In this document: in pieces, positions 26,160 through 35,438 of the stretch
Layout of the letters: the number at the start of each line of letters is the position of its first letter
How positions within the stretch are numbered: position 1 is the first letter of the stretch
DNA from: Promethearchaeota archaeon
Lineage (GTDB): Archaea > Asgardarchaeota > Hermodarchaeia > Hermodarchaeales > Hermodarchaeaceae
DNA: 36,831 nucleotides
Reading direction: 5' to 3'
Assembly: GCA_048939245.1 (NCBI GenBank)
Contig: JBHLPR010000021.1
Coordinates: 1 to 36,831 of the forward strand
The notes under the pieces: generated by a model
The model's input: the letters and a program-made list of their open reading frames with translations, nothing else
What the model was told of the DNA's origin: nothing
The model's database searches: none
Position numbers and translations under genes: made by a program

Positions 26160-26960
26160 TCACCTTTTCTTCTTGCGCTGCTTCTTTTTGGTTTGTGTGC
26201 TTTTCTGATGTCGAAATGCTAATCGTTGGTAAGGAGTTCCCCATCGCTCTGCATAAAAACTACCTTCCAATGGCCACCGTGAAGGACCAAGCATACGCGG
26301 CTTTTCTGGAACCCCTATACAGAAAGCCGCAATTGGTGTCCAAGTGCGTGGAATCCCTATTTTATCACAGATAAATTCGACATGGCGCTTATCTGCGAAG
26401 GCTACGGCTTGATAGGCACAGGCGTATCCCATCGAGTGAGCAACCAGCCACATATTCATAACCCCCATACCTATGACTACACTCCCACAGAGTTCATTGG
26501 GATACCTCCCCGTGCTATCATGCCAGGTTTCAGAAGCGCAACAAACAATAACAGCATCTGCCTTTTCGGGGTACCGAAATAATGATCCATCTCGCATTTC
26601 CTCATATATGCCTGGGCGGCTGGCATCAGGCACATACCATAATCGACCTTGTGTCGATTCATACGGAAAATTACCAAAAACATATCGTGCGGCTTCTTGG
26701 CTGATATCGGCAATGATGCGTTTCATTTCTTCATCCTCCCGGATGAGTATATAACGCCACATCTGCATATTCTCTGGAGATGGCGCATAGCGTGCCGCAT
26801 CTAAGATTAGTTCTAAATCCTGGTCAGGAATTCGTTCCCCCGTCATATGCCGCATACTTCGACGCATTCGAATCAATTCGACGAGTTGCCCCGTCGATTG
26901 GGTGATGTTAGGCATGTCCACAGTATTACCGGATCGGTTTTTCTGTTTAGATTCAGTCAT
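26160..26960 (-). CDS. Nitroreductase family flavoprotein
   Basis: RRSMR, ILDAARYAPSPENMQMWRYILI, NMWLVAHSMGY. Confidence 0.9.
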   Translation of the reverse strand: MTESKQKNRSGNTVDMPNITQSTGQLVELIRMRRSMRHMTGERIPDQDLELILDAARYAPSPENMQMWRYILIREDEEMKRIIADISQEAARYVFGNFPYESTQGRLWYVPDASRPGIYEEMRDGSLFRYPEKADAVIVCCASETWHDSTGRYPNELCGSVVIGMGVMNMWLVAHSMGYACAYQAVAFADKRHVEFICDKIGIPRTWTPIAAFCIGVPEKPRMLGPSRWPLEGSFYAERWGTPYQRLAFRHQKSTQTKKKQRKKKR

Positions 26961-27079
26961 GGAATTCTCACCATTCTATCTTCTATCGGATGGTATTCTA
27001 GTGATATTAAATGGTATTATCGCTGTTCGAATACAGCTTCTTACATTGAAAGTTAGTGCAAATTATTGATAAAATGCAG

Positions 27080-27799
27080 TTAGGAAGACCGGATATGCAT
27101 ATTCAGCTCTTCCATCTTCGCGACAACAGTTGCTACGGTGTCTGGTGGTAAATCTGAGGGGCTCGATTTGAGCAGTGCAATAAGCTCCTTATAGACGCTG
27201 GCTGCTTTTGCTCGACTACTCAGGTTATTCATCGCCGTATCACGTGCCTGCTCAATGAGTGGCTTCAGGTATTCTCGTTGAACCCGTTGTCGGTTTTTCA
27301 GGTCGTTAATGATGTTTTCGTTGGCTTCAATGACTGTGGCTACTTTGGTATCTGGAACATCGGAAGGTCGACGTGGCGCTGCTGCAGGAGCTGGTGCCGG
27401 AGTAGGAGTGGAAGCAGTGGCTTGGGCGGGGGCCAAGGCCGGTGCGGGTGCCAGAGCAGGGCCTGGAGCGGGAGTTGGTGCTGGGGCAGGTTTGGCTGCT
27501 TTGATTTGGGGGATGATCTGTTGAGTTATGGCGGATTTAATGGATTTATCAATCACATCTGCTAATTTGGTTTGAAGGGGGCTTAATCCGTCTGTGACAG
27601 CTTTTCCTGTCGCTGTCATAACGTTGCCAACCGCTTTATCAAGAGCGTCCATCCGTTTCTCAAGGTTGGCTAGTTGTGCTGCTAGTTTTTTCTGCGATTC
27701 ATTCAAGTGGCTAATATACGAAATGATTTTCTTCAATTCGGCTTCAATTCCACTTGTTGCAGCAGGGGCAGGTTTCGCATCACTCGGTTCCTTAGACAT
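27080..27799 (-). CDS. Hypothetical protein: coiled coil, Pro/Ala linker and helical C-terminal domain
   Basis: Heptad segment LNESQKKLAAQLANLEKRMDALDK, (PA)n linker, amphipathic C-terminal helices. Confidence 0.8.
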   Translation of the reverse strand: MSKEPSDAKPAPAATSGIEAELKKIISYISHLNESQKKLAAQLANLEKRMDALDKAVGNVMTATGKAVTDGLSPLQTKLADVIDKSIKSAITQQIIPQIKAAKPAPAPTPAPGPALAPAPALAPAQATASTPTPAPAPAAAPRRPSDVPDTKVATVIEANENIINDLKNRQRVQREYLKPLIEQARDTAMNNLSSRAKAASVYKELIALLKSSPSDLPPDTVATVVAKMEELNMHIRSS

Positions 27800-27925
27800 C
27801 GGGTATCAATCTCCATTAACTCTTCATATGCATAAAGTGGAGCGAGAGTATAACCCTTCTGTTCTCCTGTTCCCAAGATATCAGATAAATGTTTAGCTAA
27901 ATTTCTGGAAAAAGTCGGGTTAAAA

Positions 27926-28381
27926 TCAGCTGCTTCGATGAATCTCCACGTTCACTGGGATACCCTGCCGGATAGAGGACGTAACAATGCAGTAATTCTC
28001 GAAGATCTCAACACAGCGTTGAAACCGCTTAGCCTTCTCTTCACCCACCGTGATATGGATCTTCACATCCAGATGGTGAACTCGCCACCTTCCCTCTTCG
28101 TTCCTTGTTATTGTTGGTGTAACTTCAGTACGAACCGACTCCACCGTTAGTTTACTTCGCTGTAAACAGAACATTAGACTTGCCGACAGACAATTGCCCA
28201 CTGCCACAGCAAGAACACGTGTCGCATTGGGACCTTTATCCTCACCCACCGGTGGAGATTCATCCAAGATCCATTCTGAGAACTCAGGCTTGTCAAAATG
28301 CACTCGAAACTCAAAATTATTTACCCGTTCAACAATGATTGAGTAACTGCGTGTTTCTTCCTCGTTAGACATGCATTTCAC
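27926..28381 (-). CDS. OsmC/Ohr family protein
   Basis: DESPPVGEDKGPNA..LAVAVGNCL and FENYCIVTSSI (two catalytic-type Cys). True start may be ATG 28372. Confidence 0.88.
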   Translation of the reverse strand: MKCMSNEEETRSYSIIVERVNNFEFRVHFDKPEFSEWILDESPPVGEDKGPNATRVLAVAVGNCLSASLMFCLQRSKLTVESVRTEVTPTITRNEEGRWRVHHLDVKIHITVGEEKAKRFQRCVEIFENYCIVTSSIRQGIPVNVEIHRSS

Positions 28382-28499
28382 CTAGAAATGGGTGAAGTGA
28401 TACTGTGATTCATAAGCCTATAATCTTGTAGGCGTACCGGATGCTTTTCAAAGTCATCAACCCGGCTGTCCTGCGTCTATTTCGAAAAGTTTATAACAA

Positions 28500-28541
28500 A
28501 GAACATCCCTAAAACATCTATAAGGATGTTCTCAAACATCC
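28500..28541. promoter_or_regulatory. AACATC operator array upstream of the CopG gene
   Basis: AGAACATCC-N15-GGATGTTCT plus AACATC at 28513 and 28535, just downstream of TTTATAA (about 28490). Confidence 0.5.
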
Positions 28542-28563
28542 ATTATACAGGGCTGGAATACAA

Positions 28564-29022
28564 ATGTATACCGAACCAAAAATGGAAAAACTGACGATTA
28601 ATTTACCACCAATGGATCTCGCCCGAATTGATCTTCTTGTTGAAGCTGGGTTCTATCCAAGTCGAACCGAATTAATTCGAGCAGCGATTCGAACGCAGCT
28701 AGAAGTACATCAGGATTTCATCACAAAGCAAATGGCGTTATTAACAACTCCCTTTGAAGATGAAACAATTGAGGAATCACCAGAAGCCCAAATTGGGGGC
28801 TTGGGCGTCTTTAGTATCAATAAAGATGTTTTGAAGAAGGCAATTAAGGAAGGAAAAATGCTGAATATCATTGTAGTGGGTATGCTTCGTATTGCAAAGG
28901 ATGTTACACCAGAACTCATTGATGCATCGGTTGCTAAGATAAGATTGTATGGGATACTGAGAGCACCTGCGAAAGTGAAGGTCGCGCTTCAGAGTCTAAT
29001 GGAAGACAAAGGGGATGCATAA
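28564..29022 (+). CDS. CopG/Arc/MetJ ribbon-helix-helix transcriptional regulator
   Basis: EKLTINLPPMDLARIDLLVEAGFYPSRTELIRAAIR. Confidence 0.88.
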   Translation: MYTEPKMEKLTINLPPMDLARIDLLVEAGFYPSRTELIRAAIRTQLEVHQDFITKQMALLTTPFEDETIEESPEAQIGGLGVFSINKDVLKKAIKEGKMLNIIVVGMLRIAKDVTPELIDASVAKIRLYGILRAPAKVKVALQSLMEDKGDA

Positions 29023-29207
29023 CATTGGATATTCTCGCTGAAAGTGGTGCTGTAAGTTTGAATCTGGGGGTTCTGCAAATCCTTTTCGATATACAACGAA
29101 AAACGATGTGTTACAAATTGAATCTGTCAGTTATTGAGTGTATCTTGGAGTATAATCTAGCCTGATGTTTAGTGATGAATGGTACTTTCGACTAGACGAT
29201 GGTTAGA

Positions 29208-30890
29208 TTATTTACGATCGACGATGGATTTCTTACCTATCTTCTCCAACTGTTCTTCCTGAAGTACCCGACGGAGCACCTTACCAACCATTGATTTTGG
29301 CAATTCGTCACGGAATTCGACAAATTGTGGGCGTTTGTAGTAAGCGAGTTTATCTTTGGTGTATTCGATGATTTCTTCAGCGGTGGCTTCTTCGCCTTCT
29401 TTGAGGACGACCACTGCCATCACGGTTTCGCCCCGTTGTTCATCGGGAATACCGAAAACAGCTGCTTCTACAATCTTGGGATGCTCGAAGAGGACTTCTT
29501 CGACATCGCGAGGCCAGACCTTGAAACCAGCCCGATCAATCATTTGTTTAGCACGATCGACGATGTAGAAATATCCGTCTTCATCCATCTTCGCAATGTC
29601 GCCTGTTCGTAACCATCCGTCCTCTGTGAGTTGTTGTGCTGTTTCTTCGGGTTTATTCCAGTATCCTTTCATGATTTGAGGACCTTTGATAACTAGTTCA
29701 CCTACTTGTCCTGGTGGAAGGTCCTCACCGGAATCGAGGTCGATGATTTTTGCTAAAGTACTTGGCATGGGTATGCCGACGGAGCCTTCCCGTTTCTTAT
29801 CGAAAGGTGGGTTCTCTTGGATGGGATTCGAGTGCGTGACAGGACTCGCTTCAGTGAGCCCGTATCCTTCGACGAGGTTAGCACCGGCGATTTCTTCAAA
29901 GGCTTTGGCGACAGCCATCGGAAGGGGTGCAGCGCCAGATAGGCAGGCGGTCATGGATTTGAGGTCGTATTGATCGAGGTCATCGCGTTGAAGTAGTGAC
30001 GCATAGAGAGTGGGAACCCCAGGAAAGAATGCGACGTTGTAACGTGGAATATCCCGGAGGACTTGATCTAAGTCTGGTCGTGGATGCAAGACTAAACGAT
30101 CAGCGAGGACGATGGTATTGAGCATACAAACGGTTAAGCCAAAGGAATGGAAGAATGGCAACACGGCAAGGGTTGTATCACCAGCGCCGCGTTCAGCGAA
30201 GGGAATCCAGCTTCTACATTGATAGGCATTAGCGACCAGGTTATAATGAGTGAGAATAGCGCCTTTTGGTACACCTGTGGTTCCGCCTGTATAGAGAAGT
30301 ACAGCTGGTGTCTCTTTTGGTTTAATGGAAACCTTGGGGGCTTTAGGCTCAGCAGCGTCTAAGATTTCGCCCCACATGTGATATCCTTTCACCCCTTCAG
30401 GGGGTGTAAAACTAACTTGCATACCAGGGAAAGCGTCTGCCATTGTTGTGACAACAGTGTGCTTGACTTTCGTGTTGTCACGGATTTTGGCATAGTTATC
30501 ATGCATGATATCAATAATGATTAATGCTTTTGCGCCTGAATCATTGAGCTGAAATTGGATTTCAGGAGCTTGATAAAGCGGATTGATCAGGGTAAGAATA
30601 GCTCCAGCTTTGAGAGTGCCAAAGAATGCAGTGATGAATTGGGGCATATTGCCTAACATAAGAGCTACTACATCACCTTGTTTGATGCCTAATTTATTGA
30701 GGGCATTTGCTAAGCGATCGACTTCTTCTTGCACCTGTTTGTAGGTTTTTTCTTGGCCAAGAAAAATACCAAGGGTGTTGTCCGGAAAGTCTTTTGCAGA
30801 ATCTTCGAGGAGTTGGAAGAGTGGGATTTCGGGAATATCAAGATTTTCGGGAATGTTGGGTTCGTAATACTTCAGCCAGGGTTTTTCCAT
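29208..30890 (-). CDS. fadD: Long-chain-fatty-acid--CoA ligase
   Basis: YTGGTTGVPKGA, LPFFHSFG, EGYGLTEASP, GWLRTGD, VDRAK, PKSMVGKVLRR. Confidence 0.93.
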   Translation of the reverse strand: MEKPWLKYYEPNIPENLDIPEIPLFQLLEDSAKDFPDNTLGIFLGQEKTYKQVQEEVDRLANALNKLGIKQGDVVALMLGNMPQFITAFFGTLKAGAILTLINPLYQAPEIQFQLNDSGAKALIIIDIMHDNYAKIRDNTKVKHTVVTTMADAFPGMQVSFTPPEGVKGYHMWGEILDAAEPKAPKVSIKPKETPAVLLYTGGTTGVPKGAILTHYNLVANAYQCRSWIPFAERGAGDTTLAVLPFFHSFGLTVCMLNTIVLADRLVLHPRPDLDQVLRDIPRYNVAFFPGVPTLYASLLQRDDLDQYDLKSMTACLSGAAPLPMAVAKAFEEIAGANLVEGYGLTEASPVTHSNPIQENPPFDKKREGSVGIPMPSTLAKIIDLDSGEDLPPGQVGELVIKGPQIMKGYWNKPEETAQQLTEDGWLRTGDIAKMDEDGYFYIVDRAKQMIDRAGFKVWPRDVEEVLFEHPKIVEAAVFGIPDEQRGETVMAVVVLKEGEEATAEEIIEYTKDKLAYYKRPQFVEFRDELPKSMVGKVLRRVLQEEQLEKIGKKSIVDRK

Positions 30891-31467
30891 GGGCTATTTC
30901 CTCCTAATTGGGAATAGCTGTATATGGTGTGTCACGAAGGAAAAGGCTTACCATTCCTAAGATTCTAGTTATGAATGGACTACTAGAGCTTTTATCCAAG
31001 ACTCTTGCACCTTTCTTCAGGTGAAGATTTGGAATTTCAGCTCCCCACGATTACATGCAAAATATTTTATTCAATTATTTGCTCTTCCACTCTTCTTCTA
31101 CCTTCTATTTTTTGCACTAATTGCATTTTTTTCTACTAATTCTTCTCCCTCACTTCCACTGGACTTCTTGGCTTTGGACTGGTCTTCTGTTATTGGGGGG
31201 GGGATCCTTTGTTTCATTTAGACACTCCCCAGTATCGTTCTGGGTATGCCCTGACTACAGAAGTTGAATCTACTCCTTCAAATGAGCGCACAGTTCTCTT
31301 ACAGAAAACATTTGCTGAGCTTCAAGAACTCAATAAGAACCTGCAGCAGTTTGAATAGCTAGCTTAGAGGGTTTCTTGATTTACTAAATCAGATTTTCGT
31401 CCCGTGACTGACACTTAAAAGTCATCTCGTCAATAGTTAGCATGGATTCTGGCGAGGATGCACATGA

Positions 31468-32652
31468 ATGGACGCTGCTGATTTACGTCATCACATCGCA
31501 GACTATCTGGACTATGTTCGCGAGTTCAACCAACGTGTTATCCTAATTGACACGGGAGTGTTTCGACCTAACGGTCGGGATGGACTCGTGACCCATCCTG
31601 AGGCGATTTTAAGAATCGAAAATCAGTTTGTTAGCGAGCTCGTTCATCTACTCAATGAATTAGATCGAGCTCTTCGTCATGCTCGCGATTGGCGGCTCCA
31701 TTTAGAGGATATGACACGGAACCTATACTTTTCACCTCAGGAACAAATTGCCCTTTTTGAAAGGCGACAAAAAGCTATTCACATTTTAGCGAAAGACGCA
31801 CTCAAGAAACGAATTGAATCTCAAACCGACGGGATTGATTATTTGCGGTGGGTTGTTGCGGATACGGGTGGAGAACTTGAGCGATTACTCATTGATATGC
31901 GTGATTTGGGCGTCACAGATCATGGCTTTCGAGACTTTTTCCAAAAATACCAATCACCTGAATTAGGTCGCTGGGAAAAAGCTCTCGATGTTTGGCTGGA
32001 CATGGATATACCAGCCTTGATTACTGCCTTACAGGGCTTTCTTGACGAAGCCAGCACTGGAGCATTTGAAAAGGCACTAATTGCGCTAGCGAGCTATATT
32101 GATGTACTTGTGAATCTCCTCGCCCAATTCTCAGCTTTTAGCAGCGACTTTGATTTTCTATCACTCAAATGGGTGTCTAAAGTCCAGATTCAATTTGACC
32201 TCTTAACTGAAGCCAGTGTGGCACTTCATGAATTGTTGGTTCAGCGAACCCAAATGGGAATGCTGTATGTTGACCATGAACGTGCAATCCTGAATGCAGT
32301 GCTACCAACGGAAATTGATGTTGAAGAATGGTATAGTATGTTTGCAAGTAATCCTAAAAAATCCGCTCATGAATTGTTGCCTTCTGATATTCGTACTGAT
32401 GCATTGCCTTATGCTATGCGCCAGTCAGAAACTGCCTTGGTCTCAATGGATGACCAAGTGCAAATTGGGGAATATTTACTTAAATCCGTTGAAGTTTTAC
32501 CGGAATTATTGAAGTCACCTGTCGTTGCGAAACTCCTTGATGCTGATCGACAGCGACTGGATTTGTTTCGGTTGGGACGTCAGGAACTCTTACGCAGACT
32601 GAGACATTTACGTGATGTGGTCTCTTCTAAGGAAACAGAGTCACCTCAATGA
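31468..32652 (+). CDS. Hypothetical all-alpha soluble protein
   Basis: 394-aa ORF rich in L/E/R/D. No motif recognised. Confidence 0.75.
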   Translation: MDAADLRHHIADYLDYVREFNQRVILIDTGVFRPNGRDGLVTHPEAILRIENQFVSELVHLLNELDRALRHARDWRLHLEDMTRNLYFSPQEQIALFERRQKAIHILAKDALKKRIESQTDGIDYLRWVVADTGGELERLLIDMRDLGVTDHGFRDFFQKYQSPELGRWEKALDVWLDMDIPALITALQGFLDEASTGAFEKALIALASYIDVLVNLLAQFSAFSSDFDFLSLKWVSKVQIQFDLLTEASVALHELLVQRTQMGMLYVDHERAILNAVLPTEIDVEEWYSMFASNPKKSAHELLPSDIRTDALPYAMRQSETALVSMDDQVQIGEYLLKSVEVLPELLKSPVVAKLLDADRQRLDLFRLGRQELLRRLRHLRDVVSSKETESPQ

Positions 32653-32691
32653 TGACCACCTTGCATCTGCAGTCTTTTAGTTTAAGCGGTG

Positions 32692-34362
32692 TTATTCTCC
32701 GCGGCGTCGGCGGTACACAATTACGATGATAATGATGAGGATAATGATAATTATCAGCACCAGTAGCAAGAGGAATTGGAATGGATCGAAGAACGTTGGA
32801 GGACGAGTAATAACTGTCTTGACAGCAGAGGTTATTGGGAGATCAAACATATTCGTGCTTGCATCGACAGCCCCTTGGGCACCGATGGCTGTTACACGAA
32901 CTGAGTATGTGGTTGTATTAGTCGCTGTTGCAGAAATCACTAATGCAATCAATAGGTTAACTGTCGTCCATTTGGCTACATTGAGTGTTGGGTCAAAATC
33001 TAGAACCTGTGTTGAATGTCCTGGACCAGTAGCAAGTAGAGTTTCTCCTGCTTCAATTTCGGCGTCACCATCAATATCATGGATCACCTGAATCTGGCTC
33101 ACATCAATGGACGGGTCACCAGAACCCAATATGTCTACCGTGATATTTGAAATCGTGAAATCTTCAGCGTAGGAATAGAATGCCAATTGAAGCAGCACAT
33201 TCGGTGTGGTCCCGTCAGGTGTCCAATTATGATCACCAGGCGTATTTGCTCCTATGTCAATCTTTAGACTACCCTCGGTCGTTTTCACTGCTGATTGATA
33301 GGGAGGACCAGGTAGGTTAATGAGCAGACCACTGGAATTACCTACGGCACGAATTTGGGTCACAGTGAATGCAAAGGTTTCTCCTGCATCACTTGTAAAT
33401 GCTAATTGATAGGCAATTAGGAAAACATGACTTTGCCCTTTCGGTATGCTATGTGATGTGTTAAGCTGTAGGGTCCCATCATCTTGTGCGTAGCTGCCAC
33501 TCGCTAGTAAGGGTTCGGTGTCATTATCATAGATTCCATTCCCATTCAAATCACGAACTAAATCTACTTGGGCGATATCAGTTGAATCATCTCCCGTTCC
33601 AGACGCTTGCAGCGTGAAATTCAGGTTACCCAAATCATCGTTGACCGCTGAAACGTTAATCTGGAGCATTTCGTTCCACGGATCGGCGTCTGGGTCAAAG
33701 TGACTGCCATGATCACCGGGGGAGTTATCACCTAGGCTCGAATCTCCTAGAGGATAGAATTCTACGTCATCGAAGAAGACATCACCCCCGGTGATAATGT
33801 CTCCAGGAAGTACTGTTGCTCGTAACACGATTGTGGCCTGAGCCGTTCCCGCAGGTGAATTGGTTATCCAAATGATTGGGAACCATATAGCTTGAGGTCC
33901 AAAAAATTGACCGGAAAAGGATTCTCCGAGATAGCCTCCTCCAATATCTCGCCATATGACACCAATGTCAACGGCAAGAGTTGGAGGGGTGGTCATATAG
34001 ACCCATGAGGTTAGGTTGTAAGTGACACCTCCACTGACCGGAGTGATGGAAGATTGACTCCATTCGGCATGGTCGCCGGGTTCAGCTATACTGACAACTA
34101 TTCCTGCAGATTCGGCTCCCGTGTGGGGGAAGCCGGTCGGATACAACCATAAGAAGTCATCTGGTGGATCACTGGTAGTGGTAAAAACCCAATGGTCAGG
34201 AAATACCGGTGGACCCGGGCCAGGACTTTCAAATCCCGGATTTAAAACAACGGGCCAGGATGCAGCCAAAGCTGGGAAATGAGAAAGTGCGGAAAATGTG
34301 ATTATAATTAAAGCTAGTGCTATTCCACTTTTTTTCGGAACACCCCATCCGATTTTACTCAT
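32692..34362 (-). CDS. Secreted, C-terminally anchored cell-surface protein with CBM-like domain and two beta-rich repeats
   Basis: Signal peptide ending ALA, NPGFES...VFFDDV carbohydrate-binding-module-like domain, two repeats with DLNGNG/DIDGDA loops, poly-Ile TM helix followed by RRRR. Confidence 0.85.
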   Translation of the reverse strand: MSKIGWGVPKKSGIALALIIITFSALSHFPALAASWPVVLNPGFESPGPGPPVFPDHWVFTTTSDPPDDFLWLYPTGFPHTGAESAGIVVSIAEPGDHAEWSQSSITPVSGGVTYNLTSWVYMTTPPTLAVDIGVIWRDIGGGYLGESFSGQFFGPQAIWFPIIWITNSPAGTAQATIVLRATVLPGDIITGGDVFFDDVEFYPLGDSSLGDNSPGDHGSHFDPDADPWNEMLQINVSAVNDDLGNLNFTLQASGTGDDSTDIAQVDLVRDLNGNGIYDNDTEPLLASGSYAQDDGTLQLNTSHSIPKGQSHVFLIAYQLAFTSDAGETFAFTVTQIRAVGNSSGLLINLPGPPYQSAVKTTEGSLKIDIGANTPGDHNWTPDGTTPNVLLQLAFYSYAEDFTISNITVDILGSGDPSIDVSQIQVIHDIDGDAEIEAGETLLATGPGHSTQVLDFDPTLNVAKWTTVNLLIALVISATATNTTTYSVRVTAIGAQGAVDASTNMFDLPITSAVKTVITRPPTFFDPFQFLLLLVLIIIIILIIIIVIVYRRRRGE

Positions 34363-34520
34363 ATTTCATCACCTCTAATATTAATGAGTAGAGTGATGGA
34401 TTCATGTTCACTATCGAGATTCCACTTTTATATCATGCGTTTTCGAACACACCACAGGTAGCATACGTTGGTGTAAATAGTTAATGAACTGCTATAGACA
34501 TCTAAGAACGCTTGAGGTGC

Positions 34521-35438
34521 TTATTCACGAAGTCCAACTTCACGACGATATGCTGAATATTCTTTGATTTCCTTCAAACTAATTTTACTCATAACTAAAC
34601 CGCCATGCTCATTTGGGGTTATGCGTAAAGCTTGTGTGTGGAATCCTTCATTATTCGAAAATCGGTACGATGGATCCGCAATACAGGAGCTTCCACAAGT
34701 GTAGATGCCAGGAGCGTATTCTCGTGATGCTTGATCAGCACTTACAATTGGGATAGAATATTCCTTTGATCTCACAGAAACAAGAGATCGCCAGGCCCAT
34801 TGACCATAGTTAACATGTTGACTGTCTAAAACCGTGGTCATGGTGGGCACAGCAAGAAAATCAATTTTGAGGGAGAGTTTGTAGAGCAGGTCAGGGAACC
34901 AAAGGTCAGAACAAATGACCACTGCCATTCGTAGTCCGTTAACAGTGAAAACAGGAAGTGTGGTCCCTGGTTCAAGGCCTAGTCGTTTTTCGGTTCGGAA
35001 GGGATGGTGCTTATCATATGAGCCTAGTATTTTACCTGACTTAGAAAAGATGAAACATCGATTTCGCCATGTCTGCTTTTCTGTTTGAAACGGCATGGAT
35101 CCTGCAACAATGGTTATCGCATAGGTTTTAGCAAGCTGTTTGAGTTTTGTTTGTATGCTCTTGATTTGCTGATCTGTATCTTGTTTTGAGGTGAGCCATT
35201 CGCGTAAGGTACCAAACGCGTATTCAGGCAAAACAGCACAATCAAAGGCTCCTTCTTCTGATAGAACCTTTTCGAGGAGACTTTGGATTTGTAATAGAGA
35301 GTCAGTTAAGTTAGGGGAAGGTTCAGTTTGTAATGCTACGAGTTTCAGTGTTTCTGGTAAACTCAAGGATTTCAGCTTCCTCTTCATGATTGTTTGCCTA
35401 TTGGAAATAAGTTCTATGGACACTGAACTACGTTTCAA
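34521..35438 (-). CDS. Carbon-nitrogen hydrolase (nitrilase/amidase superfamily)
   Basis: Catalytic triad contexts LPEY, YDKHHP and VICSDLWFP. Start may be ATG 35387. Confidence 0.9.
   Translation of the reverse strand: MKRSSVSIELISNRQTIMKRKLKSLSLPETLKLVALQTEPSPNLTDSLLQIQSLLEKVLSEEGAFDCAVLPEYAFGTLREWLTSKQDTDQQIKSIQTKLKQLAKTYAITIVAGSMPFQTEKQTWRNRCFIFSKSGKILGSYDKHHPFRTEKRLGLEPGTTLPVFTVNGLRMAVVICSDLWFPDLLYKLSLKIDFLAVPTMTTVLDSQHVNYGQWAWRSLVSVRSKEYSIPIVSADQASREYAPGIYTCGSSCIADPSYRFSNNEGFHTQALRITPNEHGGLVMSKISLKEIKEYSAYRREVGLRE

Noticed and set aside
27902-27913. TTTCTGGAAAAA, similar to the left half of the dif-like repeat
   Set aside because: No TATTnTGACAC right half; probably chance or a T-tract terminator of the OsmC gene
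31021-31221. 66-aa hydrophobic ORF
   Set aside because: Explained by a low-complexity pyrimidine tract in an intergenic region. Cannot be supported as a gene, though not excluded.
32718-32760. GATAAT microsatellite-like repeat
   Set aside because: Encodes the poly-Ile transmembrane anchor
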